Shown in pieces: positions 12,420-23,262 of a DNA stretch of 45,285 nucleotides. Positions within the stretch are counted from its first letter, which is position 1, and the number at the start of each line of letters is the position of its first letter. The stretch comes from Nemertoderma westbladi. Lineage: Eukaryota; Animalia; Xenacoelomorpha. Where the stretch lies: the NCBI GenBank assembly GCA_032718475.1, contig JAUCBJ010008379.1, positions 1 through 45,285 of the forward strand, written 5' to 3'. A program made the position numbers and the translations under genes. Under the pieces are notes generated by a model that did not search any database, was not told the DNA's origin, and saw only the letters and a program-made list of their open reading frames with translations.

Positions 12420-13031
12420 ACCATTATCATAATGTACTATAACATATATATTTATTTGCCGTCACCCACCCCACAATAATTCATTTATAATTAACCAACA
12501 CGGATCCTGTCACAAGGTTGAGTAAAGTGTTATTAACATAGAATTAGCAATAACTACTGTATGATCTAATTATATCTGAAAAAATCAACTTTTTCTCACA
12601 AAAATTTGCAGAAATCAGTACTAGCACTAAATTAGTGGTAGGAAGTGCGAAAATTTGCGGAAAGTCGTAAGTCAGCTTTGTCTATTATTTACTGGGTTCG
12701 AGACTTGAGTTCGAGCTTGTAATTTCAATTATTTAGTAATTTGATCTGATGTGATCACAAATATAATAATACTGTATGTGTTTTTGTATTTGTAGTAAGG
12801 TCCTCTGAATAACATAGGTTTCATACAGTACCTACAGACCCCATGATAAGGTTATGTTGAAAAATGTTGTGTTTTTTAGACGTATATATTCGTAATTATT
12901 TAAATCATATTTGAATTTCAATTCGTAAAAATAATATATATTATTTTGAAAATTATAAATGTCAAAATTACATTTAATAATCAGTAACTTCCGGTAACTA
13001 TTTTTTATTAGCTTACTTTTGTTATTTACAG

Positions 13032-13222
13032 ACAGCCGCCTATTGGATTGGCTGCCGATGACTCATCGACTCGGACATTGGGAGTTCTCGACGAGAGGTC
13101 GTTGCGAGCACCCGAACGTGTCTTTAAGATTGTTATGGTGGGAGAGAGCGGAGTTGGTAAAACCAGTTTGATACATCGATTCTGTCACTCAACCTTCAAA
13201 ACCAATCTCAGTTCCACCATTG
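13032..13222 (+). CDS. Large Rab GTPase exon with P-loop (RASEF/CRACR2A/Rab44 family)
   Basis: ttacag acceptor, G|gttagt donor; translation QPPIG...APERVFKIVMVGESGVGKTSLIHRFCHSTFKTNLSSTIG (G1 and G2 motifs). Confidence 0.93.
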
Positions 13223-13524
13223 GTTAGTTACCATCATATTTTTCTGACACACCCACTAAGAACTTCGGGAAAACATCAATATTCCATGTTATTAAATAAT
13301 TAATAAACACTATATTCCAGAATATACAGGTCGTATGTGTTGTGTACACTAGAATATTATATACAAATCAAAAATTAACTCCTATCATATCTATAAACAC
13401 GACATTATTATCGAACATACAGATAACATTTATTGTTGTATAATTTTAAATTATTTTTATCAAGCAGAACCAATTCATAAAAATACGACTTCCTATAAAC
13501 GTTTTAATCATTCTTTTATTGTAG

Positions 13525-13721
13525 GTGTGGATTTTCAGACGAAGACATTGGTTGTTAGTGACCAGGTGATTGCGTTGCAGCTATGGGACACCGCTGGCCA
13601 GGAGCGCTTCCATTGCATTACCAGTCAGTACTTCCGTAAAGCGGATGGCGTGGCAGTTGTTTACGATGTGACAAACACGGCTAGCTATCTCAGAGTTAGA
13701 AACTGGATAACGCAAATAAAG
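13525..13721 (+). CDS. Large Rab GTPase exon (G3, switch II)
   Basis: ttgtag acceptor, AAG|gttagc donor; VDFQTKTL...LQLWDTAGQERFHCITSQYFRKADGV; RKADGV is typical of RASEF/CRACR2A/Rab44. Confidence 0.95.
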
Positions 13722-14451
13722 GTTAGCATCAGGTAAAAATCTGAAAGGACAAGGCAAGTAGGTCTTTAAGAAGCCGAACTATCTCTGGTTATGTTGCGGG
13801 TCACATCCTATGTGTGGCGATGGCCGAGTTGTTAGACCCAGGGGAGAGTGAACGACTCAGCCACTCAGCCGTACATTTATCGTCAAGAAAACCGAATTCG
13901 CGTCCAGATATTTTTCGACAAACGTCCGCAGAAACTACTAATTTTCCGAACAGATGTTCGCGAACACAATTATCAAAGATTTGGTTGACTCACCAGTAAT
14001 ATGTTCCCATAGTCACTTCAGAGATAAAATGAATCTTAAAATAACGAAATTAAACTATTCTACACACACAACACAATCTATAATTTATAGTACCAGCTAC
14101 TGGTACTAATTTGATAGGGCTGTTCAGCTGTGTGCCTGTGCAGTAGTAAATATGCGTTATCTACTAAGAATATTCTTAGACTTTAGTGGGCTGAAATATA
14201 CTTTATTAAGCTACCTGTTATATTTTTATATTTAAATAAAAAACCCCCTCATACTTCAGACGTCCGAATTTACAAACGAAAAAAGGTAAAATTTTTATTA
14301 TTATATATTATTACAGTTAATTATGATAATATTATAATTATAACATTCATCTCAAATTGCAGGGGGTACTTTATGGCCGAATATGGTCATTTAACGATAA
14401 AATAATATTATAGCATATAATATATGCTAAATACAAAAAAAAAAGGAAAAA

Positions 14452-14604
14452 ATCGGACGTCCTAATTTAGCACCCGCCCATCCCCCTGACCGAAGATGTC
14501 CTGATTTTGAAGACCCCCCCCCCCCCCTGATCTCGGACGTCCTTTATGGAAGACCCACCCCCCCCCCCCCCCCCCTGATCTCGGACGTCCTTTATGGACG
14601 ACCC
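14452..14604. repeat. Tandemly duplicated MITE end, PIF/Harbinger-like
   Basis: Two copies of (c)n-tgatctcggacgtcctttatgga plus degenerate ggacgtcc units; reverse complement agggtcgtccataaaggacgtcc resembles Harbinger MITE termini; partner end not found. Confidence 0.45.
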
Positions 14605-15025
14605 TCCCTTCAGTCCGACTCTTACTACCCTAATATGGAATCAAGGCATCAGTTGAGTGACGTGACGAGTGTTGAGGCATCAGTCTGAGTAGACTCAGAC
14701 TCAGTTTGAGTCTATAACTCTCATTATACTATAAAAAAAGGCCACTTCTCAAGAGGTAGATTGGTTGTCTACCAATACAAATTGTAGAAAAAATTACGTA
14801 TTTCAAAAAATGATCAACAAAAGTTATTTTCCTTTTATTACCCTTGTATAATGGATAAAATTCAACAAGTTGCAGCAAGATAATAACAATAACAATTTCA
14901 CTATTTATTCTTATACTCCAATCTGACATTATGCTAGGCTAGGCCCTCATAAACCTTCCCAAGTTTAGTTTCAAGTTCACATAGTTAATATGATTTATTG
15001 GGTTTATTTTGGCGGCGCTTTATAG

Positions 15026-15201
15026 GAGGAGGCCGGCGAACATTGTGTTATTATGCTAATTGGAAATAAATCCGACAAAGAACACAAAAGAGTTGGTGAC
15101 GAAGAGGCCAGGCGACTTTCTAAAGAACTCGATTCAATATTTTGGGAAACCAGTGCCAAGTTGGGCCAATCTGTGGAAGAAGCTTTTATGGAGATGGCAA
15201 A
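15026..15201 (+). CDS. Large Rab GTPase exon (G4, G5)
   Basis: ttatag acceptor, AA|gtaaga donor; EEAGEHCVIMLIGNKSD...FWETSAKLGQSVEEAFMEMA; phase 0 matches the previous exon. Confidence 0.93.
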
Positions 15202-15276
15202 GTAAGACACCAGCTTAGCAATGTATTCAATATCCATCGTATTTATTTAATAGACATTATATGGTACAATTAATAG

Positions 15277-15514
15277 TAACAGATGGCAAGGTAAAAAACC
15301 GCCAATGCAATGTAATAAAAACGATAATTCAACCATCGTGACCATGATAGAGCCAGAACAACACACAACAAAAAGTACCGTTTCGAGAAAAACGTCATTT
15401 ACGTCAAACCCATATCTCATTTACCTCAGTGTGGCTCCTGTCTTCTATTTTTTCACGGATATCTTGAAAGATACAATGACTAATATTAAAATATGGCCAA
15501 CGGTCAGAATATAA
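15277..15514 (+). CDS. Candidate last exon of the Rab gene
   Basis: taatag acceptor giving a 75-nt intron, phase compatible, open to TAA; no terminal prenylation Cys motif; an alternative acceptor at 15253 gives a different short tail. Confidence 0.35.
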
Positions 15515-16225
15515 TGTTTATTGAAAACAAAAAAAAAAACGGTGTGGGTTATTTTTCAGAAGCAGAACATCACATATTAATTAGTCTTCAACGGTGCGGG
15601 TTATTTTGCCTCAGAGATTTTGTCACTGACATAGAACTACCCACACAATTTCCACGACTTGTGTTTGAGTGGTTTGGTTTGCTTTACCTCTGATATTTTA
15701 CCACTTTAATGTTGTGTCGGTTGTTCTGATTCTCTTATTATTTAATTTATCTTCTAAATTAACCAATTAATTATTAGGATCTTGGATTTTAACATATGAT
15801 GCATAACGGCATCTTGCGTCATTGTGGTACAGTATACGTGTTGTTCTGGCTCCTATTGTCTCGAGATAATTGATGTGCTAAAGTATGGTCTGTTATAATG
15901 TTAATCAATTATGGTTCAACAGATATTAAATAAAATAGTAAAATTTAAATAACAAAAATTATGGTAAGTAGTAGAAGTGCAGTCTATTCGATTCATCATA
16001 TTTTATCAGGCTACTATTATTAATTTATTAAATATGAACAGTTAATCTATTAAACTAACGAGAAAATGATAATTTATGAAATTAATTAATTTCTAGTACA
16101 AAAACAAACATTCGTATATAAATTAGTTATTAAAAAAACTTAACAGGGGGTGCAGAGGGGGATCTTTAGTTATTAGCACCATAAGAAAAATCATTTTTTT
16201 TGTAAAATATTATCGGAATGTGCAG

Positions 16226-17485
16226 CTAAATAATGGGCCCGTTCCCTTCGTCTGACGACATCACTTTCATTTCTCTGACCCGCTTACCACCGGATTCCGG
16301 CGATGCTATTGGTCCGTCCGTCCCTCCGTCTAGACAACCGCTCTCATCGCCGGGGCAACCGGACTCAGACATGGTACTATAGTCTACCACTTCCTCGTCC
16401 AACAACCGTCGCCTGGCACCGCTGCTCCTACGCGCGTGGTTAATGTGGTCCGCCACGTCCCTACCAACGTCACTGACGTCACACAGCGTCACTATGGCCG
16501 CATACCAAGGAGGCGACTCCACGGTCACGTTGATAAACTCCGTGTAGCTGAAGGCGTAGTGATGCCCGATAGCCGCGATAAACATCTCGATACAGACGAG
16601 GAAGTCCTGTAGACTCGCTGCGACTATCTTAGGATCGAAAACCCAGACCTTCTGTATGACTCCGGTGGCAACGAGGATAGACAAGACAAAAGATTGCCAG
16701 AAGGAGAAGAACACCACAAACTTAATGCAAATAAACTTGCCTATGGGACGGAGTGGGCGGAGTTCGTGTCTGGTGGTCCTGTAGAAGAGAACCAGACAGT
16801 AGAAGGCCCATATCTGGGTGGCGTTGTTAACCAGAGCCAAGTACATCCACGGGGAGTCTGCGGTGAACTCCCCGTCCTTGTAGACACCGGCGGTGACAAG
16901 GATAAGAGAGAGCACCGTAGTGGCGGGTCGCACCACGGTGTACAGCAGCACGCCTTGCTGACAGCGGCGTACGAAAGTGTCCCCCATGGGCCACGCTCGC
17001 AGACAACAGAAAGGGATTAAATGTTTTCTGTTTGCGCTGTAATCTTTGAGACAAGAGTCTAAATCGTATTCGTGGTTCAAATAATTTAACAGAAGCATCA
17101 TAAAGTTATATATTACGTAGGCTTCGTAACACTCGCGACAAGTGTCGAAGTATATCGCTGCGTTAGGGTATCGTAGACCTAGCCAGGCGTCTAGACTATA
17201 TATGGGCACCATCCAAAGGATACGAATTATATGCCGTTGTAGGTATGGCCTCGTGTAGTGGATCAGGTGCTGTAGGATAGTCCACAATGAGATGGGAAGT
17301 GTTAGAGCTAGGAATATTGCTGCGGCTGCCCAGGCCTCTACATGGGAGCTGGCTCCCTGCTCTTGTAGTGTTATAATAAGGAAAGGGAGGCCAACACACA
17401 GACTGATAGCGTAGACGGCCACTACGATAGATCGAATCCACGAGCGCCACAAACCAAATACACCATAACGACTGGTAGAAGGCAT
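16226..17485 (-). CDS. TMEM184C: Transmembrane protein 184C-like (OST-alpha/TMEM184 family), 419 aa, single coding exon
   Basis: Intact ORF with family motifs ILQHLIHYTRPYLQRHIIRILWMVPIYSLDAW, DTCRECYEAYVIYNF, PIGKFICIKFVVFFSFWQ, LQDFLVCIEMFIAAIGHHYAFSY; N-terminal WRSWIR + TM segment is typical of the C paralog. Confidence 0.95.
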   Translation of the reverse strand: MPSTSRYGVFGLWRSWIRSIVVAVYAISLCVGLPFLIITLQEQGASSHVEAWAAAAIFLALTLPISLWTILQHLIHYTRPYLQRHIIRILWMVPIYSLDAWLGLRYPNAAIYFDTCRECYEAYVIYNFMMLLLNYLNHEYDLDSCLKDYSANRKHLIPFCCLRAWPMGDTFVRRCQQGVLLYTVVRPATTVLSLILVTAGVYKDGEFTADSPWMYLALVNNATQIWAFYCLVLFYRTTRHELRPLRPIGKFICIKFVVFFSFWQSFVLSILVATGVIQKVWVFDPKIVAASLQDFLVCIEMFIAAIGHHYAFSYTEFINVTVESPPWYAAIVTLCDVSDVGRDVADHINHARRSSGARRRLLDEEVVDYSTMSESGCPGDESGCLDGGTDGPIASPESGGKRVREMKVMSSDEGNGPII

Positions 17486-17947
17486 ATCTTCTGTCGTGTA
17501 GGCGTAGGCCTACCGCTATCTCACTGCATCGGTTGACAGAAGCGGGAAATAGAACCAGGCGGTTTTAATTCAGTAATCACTGAATCAGGATTACAGATTA
17601 AGTGAGGTTGATGCCTGTGCCTGGCACCTGGGATACCCAACTCAGATACCATTAACACTGTAACAGAAAATAGCTATAAATCTAACAACATTTAAAACAG
17701 AAAAACACCAACCAATCCAGATAGGCCTACCAGTCATCTATCATCTGTCAGTCAGCTGGTCAGTCATCAGTGATCAGGTGATACTGTAATAGTGGCTTAA
17801 ACCTGCTCCATGCTTAAACCAACCAAGGCCTACTAAAACTACTGTTACACTGTAGCAGCAGCACTCTTAAAAAAAAGTCGGTCCATAAGATTTTCAGTCA
17901 GGCAGTCGGCTGCCAGGCCTGTCTTTTAGTTTTTAGTACATAGTACT

Positions 17948-19703
17948 GGGGTGCATGTAAAGAGCGGACTGCGGACTGGCGGACTACGGACTGGGGATTG
18001 CCAAAATCCGCGCGGGCAATTTGAATTATCGACTTCCAAACTAAGAATCCGCTCTTTGTTGTCTGGACAAATGGCGGACTGAAGCCGGTAAATTGTAACC
18101 TGATTGGCTCAATCATGTACGTAGGCTGAAGCTGAAAGGGGACTTAAAGAATGGATCATCCCATTTGGCTTTTAAATGTTTACCATTGTGCAACACTGTA
18201 ATACAGGATATAATTATCCTATACAGTAATTACGTGGACTGTTGATTAAGGGCCTACTATATAATCAACAATCTACGGATATTCAGATTATTTATTTCAA
18301 TAAATATTTTTATATACTTCATGCCTTTAGAGTTTATGTCACAGTTGTCTGTTCGCAAATATAAAAGAGCGAATATTCGGACATCCTAAGCGCAGGAGCT
18401 GGGGGAAGATCTTCTCTGTGCTGGGGGTAAGAGAGCGTAAGAAAAGGGGGAACAGGGGCAAAGAAAAGGGGTGTGGATCTATAAATAGCATCCAATAGGA
18501 CGCATCTAATTACTGGCATTTAATTCTGTCCAAATTTTTATGACAGCCTTAAAATGAAAACCACGAACACCTGATCGGCTAGTGCTTTTTTTAATGCTTT
18601 TTTAGTGTGGGCTGTGATATCCTACATATCTGACATGCGATTAACTGGGCCCATGTGAAGTATACCAGACTTTCTGCCGTTATATTTCACTTTGCAGTTA
18701 CCCCCATGTGAAGAATACCATGTTTTCACCAAAAATACAGGTTACAGAAGGGCTGAATCTAACCAAAACAATAAACAAATTAGTATATGTACAGGTTATA
18801 AGACAGAAATTAGCGATATAAAACACTTAATAAAGATAAATTAAAAAAAATAAAAAATCTTCATATATAAAATTCCAATAAAAAGTCGACCGAAAAGTGA
18901 AATCCTGGTATTCTTCACATGGGCGATTAACTGTGGGGCGAGCAACGTAAGTCCAGGTGAGCCTTAGCATATGGGTAGAAGTGGTGGACCCGTCTGTTGT
19001 TGTCATCGTCGGAAATGTTTCAACGCTAATAAGTCGGTCAATCTTGGAAAAATAATGTTTCACTACTAGTACTGTATGTACGACTAATATGTTTCAATTA
19101 TGTTTCAATTTTGTTTCAACTAACAGAGACATAATAGTGGCAGTACGAGCCAACCTCCACCACCCCCCCCCCCCCCCCCCTTTTTTTTTTGGACCCCAAC
19201 GTAAAAACTTTTAATTTAAGTAACAAGCAAACAAGGAATATCTTATAAGGTCGCGGTTCACACCTTTAAGCAATAAGCATAACTCTGCTTCGGCAGCAGA
19301 AGTACATACTACAGTAGTCCCAAGGTCTTCATCCAAAGTAGAGTTACGAATGAATCATGCTTAAAAGAGTGAACCGGCCTTAACCTGAGAGATTTTATTG
19401 AAAGTTCAAGAGTTCTTCCTACTGCCTACATAATAGGTTTTCAAAATAATAGGTTTCCATCTCTGTGTCACAATGAAAACATTTAAGCCAATAAGAGGAT
19501 TCAAGAAAGTTCCCTTTGGGCCTCTATGTAAATGATTGAGCCAATCAGGTTAAAATTTTCTGGCTTCAGTCCGCCGTTTGTCCAGACAACAAAGAGCGGA
19601 TTCTTACATTATAATGCTATAATTCAAATTGACCGCGCATATTTGGGCTTTTAATTGACAATCCGCAGTCCGTAGTCCGCAGTCCGCTCTTTACATGCAC
19701 CCC
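17948..19703. mobile_element. Non-autonomous MULE-like element with ~170-bp TIRs
   Basis: ggggtgcatgtaaagagcggact...tggctcaatcat (17948-18116) inverted at 19533-19703; flanking duplication atagtact (8 bp; 10 bp catagtactg if termini are GGG/CCC). Confidence 0.9.
18651..18850 (+). repeat. Interspersed repeat, copy 1
   Basis: ccatgtgaagtatacc...actttgcagtt...agaagggctgaatctaacc, shared with 44872-45070. Confidence 0.85.
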
Positions 19704-20521
19704 ATAGTACTGTACACTGTAGTAGGCCTTGGCTTCCTAAACCCAACTGTACTATAATGGTTGATCGTGTTGTTGTAGTATGCCTTGACCCTGCTACCGG
19801 TACTGCTATCAGGCTATGTGGGGCTATTTGTACTAGTTTTTTGTAGAAATAAGTCTTGGCATTTGCAGTGCTGCAGTCTTCTCTTCATAGTGCTGTAGTG
19901 TAAGTGTATTGCGTTGCGTACAGTTCTTGTCCTGGATGTTGCCTTGACTGGTATCATAGGTATAGTAGCGGACCGGTAGCCGCAGCCGGATACCGAATGT
20001 ACGTACAGTAGTATTGTTCGTAGAACAGTAGGCTCTATGCCTATATTTCAAACTGAAACAAAGAATCAGCAACTTGTTTTCCGATTTGTCTGAAGTCTGC
20101 TAAATGTCAGGACGTACTGTACTGTCTGGATTTTAGTGCAGTTCTTTGGTGAGTCAGGTCTTCAGTGGTCTTCAGTGAGTCAGGCAGGTCTTCGATTGGT
20201 CATTGGAGATATTGCTGGGGTGTAATGGGTTGAGGGTTGGTTCTTGCTAGGGTTGTGTCGAGCTCTATTCCGCTATACTTGTAGAGAGAGATTATATTGT
20301 TTGCATCCGCATAAATCAGTAGTGATGGTCTGGTCATGTTAGTTGGTTTTCTGTCGGACAGAAACCCGACGGCCAAGTACAGTAGGATTGAGCACAGTGA
20401 CATGTGATGGTATTGATTATTGACAGATGAGAGGCCATGAGGAGGTAAATTGCGGTCATACGAGGTAAATTGCGGTCATACAAGGTACCAGGTAGTATTT
20501 CCAGGTCTATCTTTTACCTGA

Positions 20522-20713
20522 GTCGATAACTGAATGGTTTGAGCGTCAGACTTCCAACCCAGAGGTCACCAGTTCGATCCCATCTGGACGTCATTGCCGA
20601 CTTTGCAAACGCAAAGCTGTGCCCAACAAAAGTACAAAGACCCTTGCTCTCTATGTTTGCCGCAGGTATCTCAGCAAACAATGCTGAGATTTAGTAATAA
20701 ATTTAAATTTAAA
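20522..20713 (+). mobile_element. Probable tRNA-derived SINE
   Basis: A-box-like taactgaatgg, gagcgtcagact, B box cagttcgatccc; ~110-bp body with small hairpin atctcagca..tgctgagat; AT-rich tail aataaatttaaatttaaat. Confidence 0.6.
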
Positions 20714-21889
20714 TATTACTAGCTAAGAGCAGAAAACGACGTTGTTCTATGCACTCTGTATTATAACATTTACAAAAAAATTACAATCGAATGTGCCGAT
20801 GAGATTGTGCAATTAGACCTATTTATTCAACCTACTCAACCTATTTATTGAAAAACTACCTCATTTGTTTTAGAAAACTGCAAGAAAGAGAGGACAAAGA
20901 AATTGAAATGGCTTTGACATTAACTCCAATGGGCAAGAAGAAGAAATGTTGCTCGTAGGTGTTGATATAGACGTCCTCAACTTCGGTTAATGTCAATAAC
21001 TCCGTGGTGTGCATGCAGTTGTTTCGCACGCAAGCGGATACTTTTACAATCATCCTAAAGATTCCCCTGATTGCACTTTTAGTGCCTTTTTAATCTTTCT
21101 AATTTATTATAATTTCTGCATTTTGTTGGACTTTGAATGTTACGAATGTCAATTAGTAGGTCTATTTTCGGTGATGGATTTGTATAATTTAAATGCGTTT
21201 AAAATTATATTAATGTAATTGGTATCCATTCGAGGATGTCAGATTAATTTGATTCGAGGAATAATTAAGAAATTAACTGTTTTTTACATTGTCAGTTATT
21301 ATTTTTCTTACCTATTTCATGGTTCAGTGTTAGTTGTACATAGATTGACACTTTTGAGCAACAATTTTCCGAATTCTTGCAGAAAAGGGATGATATTGAT
21401 TTATTTTAATATTGCATTGTTTATTTAGGCTATCTGTTTGTACTTTAGTTAATTTCCCTTTCATTTATCGTAAGTTCGCTGCATTTCTTTTCTTTTATTT
21501 ACGTGTTTTCCTTTTATCTTTTTGTTATACTGGATTTAATTTAATTTGCATGATTTTACAGCTCATATTTTATGGCAATTATTTTTTACTTAATTTATTA
21601 CTTTCATATCATTAATTTTATTCAAAAATTCCAACATTATTATACAGTTTATACCTGTACTCCAGCGACTAGTTGTTGATATCGCGTTGCAATATACACT
21701 ACTACAGCATAAAGTAATCTCATTTATCATAAAGTTGCACTTTATGGTCTGATGATTGGTTTTGATTGGATGTTTTATGACAATACACAATTAGTGATTG
21801 TAAATAATTACAGCGGAATTACCAAATTCAATTATATTTCATGATAAAATCCAGCCACGTTGCTGTTACAGCATGTATACCGCGGCCAT

Positions 21890-22503
21890 TGTGACGGGAT
21901 CCCCGAGTTGGCGAGGGAATCCCGACCGGTGTGTTTGTGTTTTGGAAAGTACGCGTCGCCGCGTCCGCTGGCTGCTGAAAGGCTTGTGGTTTCAGAAAGG
22001 CCGAACGAATAACTGAGTTTTTAGTGGCAGTTGTTCGTAATGTCAGAATACAATAATAGCACAATCAGTTTACAATAATAGCACGGTTAATGACGATGGT
22101 CTAAACCGTCTTGCTTCCACACTCGGTATAAACCAACTAAACGACAGGTAATAAAGACAACGGTTATATTACTAACACATATGGAATATTGCTACCTACT
22201 GTTTGGCCTGGCCAATGAATGCGCATTAATCAGATGGTAAGCTGCCCCACCATTAGCTACTCTGTTCTTAACCCTCTGGCAATCCCTAATCTCTGTGTGC
22301 ACGTGCTAGCTTTCTCACAACCCCCCCCCCCCCCCCCCCCCCCGAGATGGCTTGTAGCCTCTCCTTGTGGCTGGCAGTGTATATTGCCTCCGTTGGTTGG
22401 TAGGTGACATTATATTGGTAATGTCGCCTAGCCAACTATAATTGGTAAAAAGCCACTTTCCCTATTTCCCGCTGGGTGGTGCAGCGAATTGGATCCGCTA
22501 ACA
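21890..22503 (-). repeat. 3' LTR of BEL element 1
   Basis: tgtgacgggatcc...ggatccgctaaca with imperfect terminal inverted repeats; homologous to solo LTR 238-842; abutted by a PPT. Confidence 0.92.
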
Positions 22504-22510
22504 CTCCCCC
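22504..22510 (-). other. Polypurine tract
   Basis: Minus strand GGGGGAG directly before the LTR start TGTTAGCGG. Confidence 0.8.
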
Positions 22511-23262
22511 ATGCTATCTTCCCGGTGAGAAGATAGCATCAACCTTTAGTGCGCTCCAATTCCGCTGGAATCCAATCTAGTATTGGATGTGGGGTAGAAT
22601 TCTTTTCTCGGGGTCAGCTTTCCAGGCTGCCCCCCCTGGGTCTGTTTTCACTACCCATCCTTGGCACATCTGCGAGCTAAGCTGCACCAAGGTATCTGGC
22701 GTCTCTATTTTAGATGATCGCCCTCTCTCCTCACACAATTTTATCTCGGACTCCATTGTCCATTCTCCTCGCTCACCAGTCCCATAGGACTCATCCCTCT
22801 CTCTGCTCGCTCCCCACACTTGGATCTTGCACTCCTCACTTTCTCCCAAATCCTAGCACCTTCTCCCCACGCTTCTCTCTAACTTAAGCCGTTTCATCAT
22901 CACTCCACACTTTCGTCGGGTCTCACATTCCCACTTCGTCCTCCTGTTTCAGTCAATTAGTCCACAGTCCCAGTAGCTAATTGGAAAAGGTTATATCTGA
23001 CTATGGTACGTATATTATATTTCTTTAGCACTGATTGATTATGTACATACGTACTGATTGCACTTATATTAATTGCACTTGTGAGTTATTTGTACTTATG
23101 TCCATGCGGTGCCTTCCAGGCACATTATCACCGCCCGTAATCAGTTCTAGAGTCCTAGAGTTCTCCTCCCGTATCCTCCGGAAAACATCTCATCTCTTTG
23201 CCTCTATCATCGTCCTGCTTTGGTCGTTTTCTTCCCTTCTGTTTGCTCTTGAGGCTACTCAT

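Noticed and set aside
4246-20590. Three tRNA-like sequences (4246, 12301, 20522) as functional tRNA genes
   Set aside because: Broken stems or wrong arm lengths; treated as tRNA-derived repeats
20855-21880. Short hydrophobic ORFs
   Set aside because: T-rich noncoding sequence giving Phe/Leu/Ile-biased chance ORFs
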